Position numbers and translations under genes: made by a program. Under the pieces are notes generated by a model. That model had not been told where the DNA came from. It searched no databases and saw nothing but the letters and a program-made list of their open reading frames with translations. Shown here in pieces: positions 56,612 to 64,000 of a DNA stretch of 64,000 bases (within the stretch, counting starts at the first letter, position 1; the number at the start of each line of letters is the position of its first letter). The stretch is from Proteobacteria bacterium SG_bin9. GTDB taxonomy: Bacteria; Pseudomonadota; Alphaproteobacteria; Rhizobiales; Xanthobacteraceae. The stretch is taken from assembly GCA_002083525.1 (NCBI GenBank), contig LWDM01000050.1, positions 26,032-90,031 on the forward strand, written 5' to 3'.

Positions 56612-57613
56612 ATGGTGAATGTACGCGGACGATTTGCGCTGTCGCGGCGACGACTTCTCTGGGGTGCAGCGGCGACCTTGGGCGCCGGCATCATGCAAGC
56701 GCGGGCGCAGATTCCGGCGAAGACGATCACGATCGTTGTACCGTTTCCGGCCGGCGGCACCACGGACCTGCTGGCTCGTGCCTTCGGTCAGCGGATGTCG
56801 GTGCTGCTCGGACAGTCGGTCATCATCGAGAACAAGGGCGGCGCCGGCGGATCGATCGGCGCCGAGGCGGTGGCGCGCTCCACGCCTGACGGCACGACGC
56901 TGCTCTTCCACAACCTGACTTTCTCGACGACGACCGTGGCAATGCAGCTCGCGAACCGCTCCAAGCACGATATCTTCAAGGACTTCGTGCCGGTCTCGCT
57001 CGCCGCCAACGTCCCGATGCTGGTCGTCACGAGCGCAGATGTCAAAGCAAAGGATCTCAAGGAATTCGTCAGCTTCGCTAAAAGTTCGACGACGCCGCTG
57101 AATTACGGGTCGACCGGTCCGGGCAGCGTCATGAACCTCGCGATCGAAGTCTTCAAGCGCGACACCAAGCTGCCGATCGAGCATGTGCCGTTCCGCGGCG
57201 CCGCACCGCTGATCCAGGAAATCGTCGCCGGGCGGCTTCAGCTCGGCGGCGATCAATTGTCGACGTCGCTGGAATTCGTGCGCGCCGGTTCGCTGAAACC
57301 GCTGGCGACGCTGGCCGCCGAACGCATCCCGCTGCTGCCGGATGTTCCGACCGTGACCGAGCTTGGCTTTGGCGATATGGAGCTGCGCGGCTGGAACGGG
57401 TTCTTCGCCCCGGCCGGTACGCCGGCGCCCGTGGTCGCAAAGCTTCAGGAGCTGATCAGCCAGATCGCCCGCGAGCCGGAGATCAAACAGAAACTCAGTC
57501 AGGTCGGCGCGGAGCCGGTCGGCAGCGATCAGCAGACGCTGGAGAAGGTCGTTCGCGATCAGGTCAGCAAGATCATGCCGCTGATTTCCGAGCTGAAGCT
57601 CGCCATCAACTAA
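56612..57613 (+). CDS. Bug/TctC family substrate-binding protein
   Basis: Tat/Sec-like leader 'RRRLLWGAAATLGAGIMQARA' followed by 'ITIVVPFPAGGTTD'. Confidence 0.9.
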   Translation: MVNVRGRFALSRRRLLWGAAATLGAGIMQARAQIPAKTITIVVPFPAGGTTDLLARAFGQRMSVLLGQSVIIENKGGAGGSIGAEAVARSTPDGTTLLFHNLTFSTTTVAMQLANRSKHDIFKDFVPVSLAANVPMLVVTSADVKAKDLKEFVSFAKSSTTPLNYGSTGPGSVMNLAIEVFKRDTKLPIEHVPFRGAAPLIQEIVAGRLQLGGDQLSTSLEFVRAGSLKPLATLAAERIPLLPDVPTVTELGFGDMELRGWNGFFAPAGTPAPVVAKLQELISQIAREPEIKQKLSQVGAEPVGSDQQTLEKVVRDQVSKIMPLISELKLAIN

Positions 57614-57637
57614 TTACATCAAAGGATCGAGGCTCTT

Positions 57638-58480
57638 ATGAAGCTCTTACGTTACGGACCGGCGGGACAGGAAAAGCCCGGTCTGCTGGATGCCGCAGGC
57701 GATATCCGCGATCTCTCCGGCGTCATCGGCGATCTCGCCGGCGAGGCGCTGTCGCCGGCTTCGCTCGCGCGCATTGCTGCGGTTGATCCCGAGAGTCTGC
57801 CGCGCGTAACTGGCTCGCCGCGGCTCGGGCCGCCGGTCGCCGGCACGCGCAACTTCGTGTGCATCGGCCTGAACTATGCCGATCACGCCGCCGAAACCGG
57901 CGCGCAGGTGCCGAGTGAGCCGATCGTGTTCCTCAAGTCGCTGAGCGCCATCTGCGGGCCGACCGACGATATTCTGATCCCGCGCAACTCGCGCAAGACC
58001 GACTGGGAGACCGAGCTTGCCGTCGTCATCGGCGCGCGGACCAATTACGTGTCGGAGGATACGGCGCTCGACTACGTCGCGGGTTACGCGGTCGCCAACG
58101 ATGTCTCGGAGCGCGAATGGCAGAGCGAACGCGGCGGCAGTTGGGACAAGGGCAAGGGTTTTGAGAGCTTCGGCCCGATCGGCCCCTGGCTCGTGACCAA
58201 GGATGAGATCGCCGATCCGCATGGGCTCGACATGTTTCTCGATCTCGACGGCAAATCGATGCAGCGCGGTTCGACGAAAACCATGATCTTCTCGGTGCCG
58301 AAGCTGATCAGCTACGTCAGCCAGTTCTTCACACTGTATCCGGGCGACATCATCAGCACCGGAACGCCGCCCGGTGTCGGCATCGGCCGCAAGCCGCAAG
58401 TGTTTTTGTCGGCCGGCCAGACGCTGCGCTTCGGCATCGCCGGTCTCGGCGAGCAAAGCCACCGCACCGTCAACGCATAA
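57638..58480 (+). CDS. Fumarylacetoacetate hydrolase (FAH) family protein
   Basis: 280 aa with 'FVCIGLNYADHAAE', 'WETELAVVIG' and 'GDIISTGTPPGVG'. Confidence 0.9.
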   Translation: MKLLRYGPAGQEKPGLLDAAGDIRDLSGVIGDLAGEALSPASLARIAAVDPESLPRVTGSPRLGPPVAGTRNFVCIGLNYADHAAETGAQVPSEPIVFLKSLSAICGPTDDILIPRNSRKTDWETELAVVIGARTNYVSEDTALDYVAGYAVANDVSEREWQSERGGSWDKGKGFESFGPIGPWLVTKDEIADPHGLDMFLDLDGKSMQRGSTKTMIFSVPKLISYVSQFFTLYPGDIISTGTPPGVGIGRKPQVFLSAGQTLRFGIAGLGEQSHRTVNA

Positions 58481-58484
58481 AAGA

Positions 58485-58520
58485 GCCCGGCGACTCGCGG
58501 GGCTCGCGAATGCGCCGGGC
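58485..58520. terminator. Stem-loop between convergent FAH and GST genes
   Basis: 'gcccggcg ... cgccgggc' has 8-bp outer arms enclosing a second small dyad. No clean T-run. Confidence 0.45.
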
Positions 58521-58525
58521 AAGTG

Positions 58526-58554
58526 ACAACGGCACCGACGCATGGTGCCGTTGT
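58526..58554. terminator. Stem-loop between convergent FAH and GST genes
   Basis: 'acaacggcacc gacgcat ggtgccgttgt' forms a perfect 11-bp stem. Confidence 0.55.
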
Positions 58555-58567
58555 GCGCTCGCTAAAC

Positions 58568-59245
58568 TCAGTTGAGGAAGCTGCGGTCGAGGCCCATGTT
58601 GGCGACGAACGGCTTTTCGTCCTCTAGCGCCTTGCCGTACGCTTCGGTCGCGGCGATGTCCTTCACGTACTTGACGAGCTTGGGATACTTCGCCGCGTCG
58701 AGCTTGTAGCCGATGTACTGGTAGACGATGAAGTTTGAGACGATGGCGATGTCGGCGAGCGTCATCGCGTTGCCGACCAGGTATTTGCCGTCGATCTGCG
58801 ATTCCAGATAGCTCAGAATCTTCGGCTGCACGTTGGTCAGCACCTCGTCGATGATCGCCTTGTCGGTCGGCACCTGCTTGATGTTCGGGTTGACCACGGT
58901 CTGATGGAACAGCGGATGCACGACGTGGCGGAAGATCGTGCCGCCGGCATATGCGTCGAACCACAGCGCACGGCCATAGTCGCGGACGTCGCTCGGCAAG
59001 ATCGACGGTGCGGGCTGCTTCTTCTCCATGTAGAGGCAGATCGCGTTCGAGTCGGCGAGGGTGAAATCGCCGTCCTGCATCGCCGGAATCATGCCGGTCG
59101 GGCTCAGCGAATTCCAGTTCGCCGGCGGATTTCCCGGCACGACGGGAATCACCACCTCGAACTTGTAGTCCATCTTCTTCAGGATCGCGGTGACGATGGC
59201 CTTGCGCGTGTGAACCGAAAGCGGAACGCCGTGAATTGTAATCAT
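58568..59245 (-). CDS. Glutathione S-transferase
   Basis: 225 aa. 'ITIHGVPLSVHTRK' is the thioredoxin-like N-domain with 'IPAMQDGDFTLADSNAI', followed by a helical C-domain. Confidence 0.88.
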   Translation of the reverse strand: MITIHGVPLSVHTRKAIVTAILKKMDYKFEVVIPVVPGNPPANWNSLSPTGMIPAMQDGDFTLADSNAICLYMEKKQPAPSILPSDVRDYGRALWFDAYAGGTIFRHVVHPLFHQTVVNPNIKQVPTDKAIIDEVLTNVQPKILSYLESQIDGKYLVGNAMTLADIAIVSNFIVYQYIGYKLDAAKYPKLVKYVKDIAATEAYGKALEDEKPFVANMGLDRSFLN

Positions 59246-59346
59246 TGTCGTCTCTCCGTTGGAATGAGGCTGCCTTCAGGCAAGCCGGGGGCATTGCCGG
59301 ACGCGCATCGGCGTCCGGATTGGTGAAATGGAAAAGCGTTGGTTAG

Positions 59347-60192
59347 TTAGGCGGCGCGGCGGATCGGAAACTGGATTTCGACCAGCGCGCCTTCAAAGCC
59401 AGGTGGCGCGGTGATGGGTTCGAGAAAGATTTCGCGGCACGCACCCGCGACTTCGTAATTGTTGGCCTCGATCCAGCGGCCGACCGTCGAAAACGCGCCG
59501 TGGCTTTCGGCGTTGGTGCCCGGCCGCACGATGGTTGCCATCGTCTCGACCGCCGGCAGTTCGCTGGCGCGCAGCACCAGATCGCCGGCGATGCGCACGC
59601 TCGCGTTGGACGGACGTGTCAGCGAGAATCCGATATCGAGATCGATCTTTTCGCTGTCGCAGTCGTTGCGTGCGATCACGACGAGCTTGTCGCGCAGCGT
59701 GGGCTTGATCTGCCGTGTGCCTTCTTCCGCGACAGTCCGGACCATCCGCACCACTTCGTCCATGCTTTCGAACGTACCGCTCACCGATAGAAACGGCATT
59801 GGCGGAATCGCAGACTTGACGATGACATCGAAGCCGTCCGCCTTGCCCTCGCGATCGATCTGGGCGATGCGCGATTCGATATGGCGCAGCCGCGATTCTT
59901 CTTCCTGAAGCGAGCGCTCAACCTGCGCGCGTTTCAGCGTCAACATGCTGCGCAGTTCCGCCGGCGAGAGATCCTTTTCGATCAGCGGGGCGATCTGTTC
60001 CAGCGACAGGCCGAGCTCCTTCAGCGCGAGAATGCTGTTGAGGCGCGGCAACTGCCGGATGGTGTAGTAACGATAGCCGGTCTGCTGATCGATATGCGCC
60101 GGCTGCAGCAAGCCGAGCTGGTCGTAGAACCGCAACTGCCTCCCGGAGACCTGCGCGATCTGCGCGAATTCGCCAATTCGAAACATGAACAA
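59347..60192 (-). CDS. MerR family transcriptional regulator with GyrI-like effector-binding domain
   Basis: 'FRIGEFAQIAQVSGRQLRFYDQLGLLQPAHIDQQTGYRYY' (MerR HTH), a coiled coil, and a ~150-aa C-terminal GyrI/SRPBCC-like domain. Confidence 0.88.
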   Translation of the reverse strand: MFMFRIGEFAQIAQVSGRQLRFYDQLGLLQPAHIDQQTGYRYYTIRQLPRLNSILALKELGLSLEQIAPLIEKDLSPAELRSMLTLKRAQVERSLQEEESRLRHIESRIAQIDREGKADGFDVIVKSAIPPMPFLSVSGTFESMDEVVRMVRTVAEEGTRQIKPTLRDKLVVIARNDCDSEKIDLDIGFSLTRPSNASVRIAGDLVLRASELPAVETMATIVRPGTNAESHGAFSTVGRWIEANNYEVAGACREIFLEPITAPPGFEGALVEIQFPIRRAA

Positions 60193-60227
60193 GTCTCCGG
60201 TCGGGTTACGGTTCTACGATGTCAGGT

Positions 60228-61160
60228 TCAGCTTGCGAGGAAAGCCTGCAGATCGGCGGTCACGCGATCGCGCTCGGTGACGACGATGCCGTGCGAGCCA
60301 TCCTGGTAGGCAATCAGCTTCGAGCCCTTGATGCCCGCGGCCGTGGCCTGCCCCTGCTCGAACGACACCGGAATGTCGGCCGTGCCGTGGATGATCAGCG
60401 TCGGCGTCTTGATCGAAGCCAGCTCGCCGCGGAAGTCGGTGGTGCTGAACGCCTCGACGCAGCCGACCTTCGCCGTCACGGTGGCCATCATGGCCATGGC
60501 AACTGCAGAGTCGATCACTTCCTGCGTGACCGGCACGGTGGACGGGCGCTTGGCATCGAAGAACACGTTGGTCAGCAGGCCGGTGAGGTACGCCTTGCGG
60601 TCGCCCTGCACGCCCTGCTTTATGCCGTTGAACAAGCTGACATCCTTGCCGATCGGATTATTCTCGGTCTTGAGCAGATAGTAGCCAGCGCCGCCAACCA
60701 TGCCAGCCTTGGCAACGTTCTTGGCATTGTGTCGCGTCAGGTATCTGACCACCTCTCCGCCGCCCATAGAGTAGCCGACGATGGTCGCGTCGCGCACACC
60801 GGTCTGATCGATGACGGCCGCGAGGTCGTCAGCGAATGTGTCAAAGGTGTAGCCGGTCTCCGGCTTGCCCGAGCGTCCGAAGCCGCGGCGGTCATAGGAG
60901 ATGACGCGGTAGCCGGCCTTCGACAGCGCCGCCGCCTGATAGTCCCAGATATCCGCATTGAGCGGCCAGGCGTGGGTCAGCACGAGCGCGCGGCCGGTGC
61001 CGCCGGTGTCCTTCACGAAGAGTTCGACGCCATCCTTGGTCTTGATGGTGCCGGTCTTGCCGGAACCCTGAGCGTAGGCAAAGCGGGGCAGGGTAACAGT
61101 TGCTGCAGCGGTCGCTGCAAGCAGCGTGGTGCCCAGAAAAGTACGGCGAGTGGTAGTCAT
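60228..61160 (-). CDS. Exported alpha/beta hydrolase (non-haem haloperoxidase/esterase-like) with a Tat-type signal
   Basis: 'TTRRTFLGTTLLAATAAATV' is a twin-arginine motif. 'LVLTHAWPLNADIWDYQ' and nucleophile elbow 'GYSMGGG'. Confidence 0.85.
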   Translation of the reverse strand: MTTTRRTFLGTTLLAATAAATVTLPRFAYAQGSGKTGTIKTKDGVELFVKDTGGTGRALVLTHAWPLNADIWDYQAAALSKAGYRVISYDRRGFGRSGKPETGYTFDTFADDLAAVIDQTGVRDATIVGYSMGGGEVVRYLTRHNAKNVAKAGMVGGAGYYLLKTENNPIGKDVSLFNGIKQGVQGDRKAYLTGLLTNVFFDAKRPSTVPVTQEVIDSAVAMAMMATVTAKVGCVEAFSTTDFRGELASIKTPTLIIHGTADIPVSFEQGQATAAGIKGSKLIAYQDGSHGIVVTERDRVTADLQAFLAS

Positions 61161-61293
61161 TGGAAGCCTCCTCGGTTGTTCGAGGAGCGCGTTATGGCCG
61201 TTTGACGTAGCGTTAAGGTCAAGGAGAAAAACGGCCTCACATGAAAAAGTTTAGTCCGGTATCTTGGTAAGGTTACGGAATGCAGGGACGACC

Positions 61294-62994
61294 ATGACCG
61301 ACACCATGCAAGGCTTCACCTTTCACGAGCATCCGGCGGTTCTGCCGCCGCTCGTGAACGGAAGCGAAGGCAAACGCCACAAGGTGGTGATCGCCGGCGG
61401 CGGGCCGGTCGGCCTCGCAGCCGCATTGGCGCTGGCGACGTACGGCATTCCGTCGCTGGTGATCGAAGCGGATACAACGGTGTGCAAGGGCAGCCGCGCC
61501 ATTTGCCTGTCGCGACGCTCGCTGGAGATTCTCGATCGCCTCGGCACGCTTGCCCCGTTTCTCGCCAAGGGACTCGGCTGGACCGAGGGCCGCAGCTTCT
61601 ACCGGACCGACGAAATCCTGCATTTCCAGATGCCGCATGGGCCGGAGCAGCGGCTCCTGCCGATGACCAATCTGCAGCAGTATTACATCGAGCAGTTTCT
61701 CGTCGAAGCGGCTGAAGCGCAGCGCGATTTGATCGAGGTTCGCTGGGGCACGTCGCTGGACGCGCTGACGCAGGATACGGATGGCGTCACGTTGACGCTG
61801 CGCACGGGCGGCACCTCGTACGAGACAGGCTGCGACTGGCTGATCGCTTGCGACGGCGCGCGTAGCAAGGCGCGGCAGGAACTCGGACTGCGGATGAACG
61901 GTGCGGCGTATGAAGGCCGCTACGTCATCGTCGACGTTGCCGTCGATCTCGATTGGCCGACCGAGCGGCTGGCGTGGTTCGATCCGCCGAGCAATCCCGG
62001 GCGCACGATGCTGATGCATCGCCAGCCCGACAATGTCTGGCGGCTCGATTATCAGCTGCATCCCGGCGAAGACGGCGAGGCGATGATCAAGCCGGAGAAT
62101 GTGCTTCCGGTGGTCGAGGCGCATTTCCGCATGCTCGGCATCGACAAGCCGTGGCAACTGATCTGGTCGAGCACCTATCGCGCCTCGGCGCTGTCGCTCG
62201 ATGATTACGTGCACGGGCGCGTGCTGTTCGCCGGCGATGCCGCGCATCTCGTGCCGATCTTCGGCGTGCGTGGCCTGAACAGCGGCTTCGACGATGCCTT
62301 CAATCTGGCGTGGAAGCTGGCCTATGTGATTCAAGGTCGAGCGCCGCTGGCGCTGCTCGACAGTTACTCGCATGAGCGCCACTTCGCCTGGCGCACCAAC
62401 ATCACCCACGCGATGAAAAGCACCGAATTCATGGCGCCGCCATCGTCCGGCTTTCGGCTGATGCGCGACGCGGTGCTGTCGCTTGCTGGACAGCATCCGG
62501 CGCTGCGTTCGCTGATCAATCCGCGCCAGAGCAGCGTCATTCATTATGACGACTCGCCGCTCAACACGATCTCGGCGGACGATGCGTCGTTCAAGCGCGG
62601 TCCGGCGCCCGGTGCGGCCTTGCCCGAGGTGAAGCTGGCCGATCCTCGTGGAAGTGAGGCGTACCTGACAGCGCAGCTTCGCGATGGCTTCAATCTTCTG
62701 ATTTATGACGCGGATGAACGCATGCGCGGCGCTGTTGCGTCATGGACGGCAGCAGCCGGCCTTCCGGTGCACGCACTGTTCGTGTCATCGGCCGATGATG
62801 CCGATCTGCGCGACGTAGCCGGGCAGTTCGCTGAGACGTATGACGCTGCACCGCATGCCGTGTTTCTGGTTCGGCCGGACGGACATGTCTGTGCGCGCTG
62901 GCGTTCGTTCGATGCCGGTGCGGTCGAGAATGCGATTGCTGTCGCAACGGGCAATGCAGATGTTCAGTCAAGACAAATCAGGGTGGCGTCATGA
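61294..62994 (+). CDS. FAD-dependent aromatic-ring monooxygenase (PheA/TfdB/MhpA-like)
   Basis: 'VVIAGGGPVGLAAALALATYG' (GxGxxG), 'LIACDGARSKAR' and 'FAGDAAHLVPIFGVRGLNSG'. Start at ATG 61294 (MTDTMQG). Confidence 0.9.
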   Translation: MTDTMQGFTFHEHPAVLPPLVNGSEGKRHKVVIAGGGPVGLAAALALATYGIPSLVIEADTTVCKGSRAICLSRRSLEILDRLGTLAPFLAKGLGWTEGRSFYRTDEILHFQMPHGPEQRLLPMTNLQQYYIEQFLVEAAEAQRDLIEVRWGTSLDALTQDTDGVTLTLRTGGTSYETGCDWLIACDGARSKARQELGLRMNGAAYEGRYVIVDVAVDLDWPTERLAWFDPPSNPGRTMLMHRQPDNVWRLDYQLHPGEDGEAMIKPENVLPVVEAHFRMLGIDKPWQLIWSSTYRASALSLDDYVHGRVLFAGDAAHLVPIFGVRGLNSGFDDAFNLAWKLAYVIQGRAPLALLDSYSHERHFAWRTNITHAMKSTEFMAPPSSGFRLMRDAVLSLAGQHPALRSLINPRQSSVIHYDDSPLNTISADDASFKRGPAPGAALPEVKLADPRGSEAYLTAQLRDGFNLLIYDADERMRGAVASWTAAAGLPVHALFVSSADDADLRDVAGQFAETYDAAPHAVFLVRPDGHVCARWRSFDAGAVENAIAVATGNADVQSRQIRVAS

Positions 62995-63182
62995 GCGAAC
63001 GATGGACCGATGCTGCCCGCGATGAAATCTACACCGAGATCTGCGGCGCGTTGACCGACGCGGGCGACAAATCGGAGCTGTTCTTGTCGCGGCTGTGCTT
63101 GCTGCTCGTTGAGGAGCTGAAATCGCCGCAGAAGGCGCGTGAGGCGCTCGCCGCTGCCGCGCTCGATTCCGCGCAAGCTTAG
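62991..63182 (+). CDS. Small DUF2783-like protein (63 aa)
   Basis: ATGA overlap with the monooxygenase stop. The helical 'DEIYTEICGALTDAGDKSELFLSRLCLLLVEEL' resembles the small proteins that commonly follow this class of FAD monooxygenase. Confidence 0.6.
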   Translation: MSERWTDAARDEIYTEICGALTDAGDKSELFLSRLCLLLVEELKSPQKAREALAAAALDSAQA

Positions 63183-64000
63183 GCCGACGCGATATCCTTC
63201 AACAGCGCCGCCTTGTAGCTGCGGCCATCGACCTCCAGCGTATAACGCGCGGAGCTGATGTATGTGCGTTGCTTGCGCTCGTGATGCGCCTGAATCTCGG
63301 CCATCATCTCGGACTGCGAGGGCAGGCGAATGCTGTTCGACAGAATGGCCGCAATCCATCGCGCCTGCACTTCGACCAGCGGAATGGTCGGTCCGATCGG
63401 CTGCACCAGTCCGGCAAAGAACAGGCCCGGCTGGTCGGGCGGCGCAATCCGCCGGAAGAGGTTGACTTCCTCGCCGTCGCGGACTCCGAAGACGATCGGA
63501 TCGAGAAACGGGAACGTGGTCTTGTATCCCGTGGCATAAATCACGGCGTCGAACGGCGCGCGTGAGCCATCGGCGAAGGCGATGTCGTTGCCTTCCAGCG
63601 ATGCAATGTTCGGTTTGATCGCGATCCAGCCATGGCCGACATACGGCAACAGTTCCTGGCTGAGCGTCGCATGCTCGCGCCACATCGGATGCTTCGGCCG
63701 CGGCAGCCCGAACCGCCGCTGATCGCCGACGGCGAAGTAGATTAACCGCGCCATGATCATGCGCGTGAGCAGCGTCGGAAACTTCAGCCTGGCCGACATG
63801 AACGCGGACCAGCGGTCGATGGGAATGCCCATCATGTATTTCGGCATCACATATGCGCCGGTGCGCGTCGAAAGCGTTACGCTCTTCGCGCGCTTGCAGA
63901 GATCGACCGCGATATCGACCGCCGAGTTGCCGATACCGACAACCAGCACGCGCTTGTCGTCGAACGGCGCGGCGGTGCGATACTGGCTGGAATGGATTGC
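63179..64000 (-). CDS. Flavin-containing (Baeyer-Villiger type) monooxygenase, N-terminus outside the window
   Basis: 'VLVVGIGNSAVDIAVDL' is the second dinucleotide-binding motif, with 'IYATGYK' near the C-terminus. The reading frame stays open to the window edge. Confidence 0.8.
   Translation of the reverse strand, partial: AIHSSQYRTAAPFDDKRVLVVGIGNSAVDIAVDLCKRAKSVTLSTRTGAYVMPKYMMGIPIDRWSAFMSARLKFPTLLTRMIMARLIYFAVGDQRRFGLPRPKHPMWREHATLSQELLPYVGHGWIAIKPNIASLEGNDIAFADGSRAPFDAVIYATGYKTTFPFLDPIVFGVRDGEEVNLFRRIAPPDQPGLFFAGLVQPIGPTIPLVEVQARWIAAILSNSIRLPSQSEMMAEIQAHHERKQRTYISSARYTLEVDGRSYKAALLKDIASA

Noticed and set aside
61195-61225. TTGAC-N11-GTCAA dyad as a MerR operator.
   Set aside because: Only the outer 5 bp are complementary and the spacing or promoter context cannot be verified by eye. 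It is mentioned under the cluster finding only as a weak candidate.

Overview
High-GC alpha-proteobacterial chromosome segment. The gene order (ffs-dnaX-ybaB-recR, def-fmt-truA, dapE/dapD, argB-engB-yidC-rnpA-rpmH) and the intergenic palindromic repeat families resemble Nitrobacteraceae/Bradyrhizobiaceae (Bradyrhizobium/Rhodopseudomonas/Afipia-like). This placement is from memory of such genomes, not from a search. The first ~33 kb is mostly housekeeping genes, with one SRP RNA and, at about 33.8 kb, one tRNA-Arg(ACG). After the tRNA the content is accessory and catabolic: four Bug/TctC solute-binding proteins, a TctBA permease, a leuCD-like dehydratase pair, LysR/MarR/MerR regulators, hydrolases, a GST and flavin monooxygenases. 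The most interesting locus is a compact, tightly coupled four-gene minus-strand operon at 44466..47720. It encodes a 69-aa peptide with a His/Ser/Asn/Tyr-rich core, a radical SAM/SPASM enzyme, an HExxH-motif protein and an unknown 192-aa protein. This looks like a RiPP (cyclophane/triceptide-like) cluster with an atypical precursor, and its codon usage differs visibly from its neighbours. Other notable points are an in-frame TAG that truncates ybaB while the conserved C-terminal tail stays in frame behind it, three families of intergenic palindromic repeats, a perfect 23-nt tandem duplication plus a hairpin between the precursor and the radical SAM gene, and a chemoreceptor with a six-helix membrane-embedded N-terminus. 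Many long ORFs in the six-frame track are antisense shadow ORFs typical of high-GC DNA and were not called. All family assignments come from motif recognition by eye; no searches were run.
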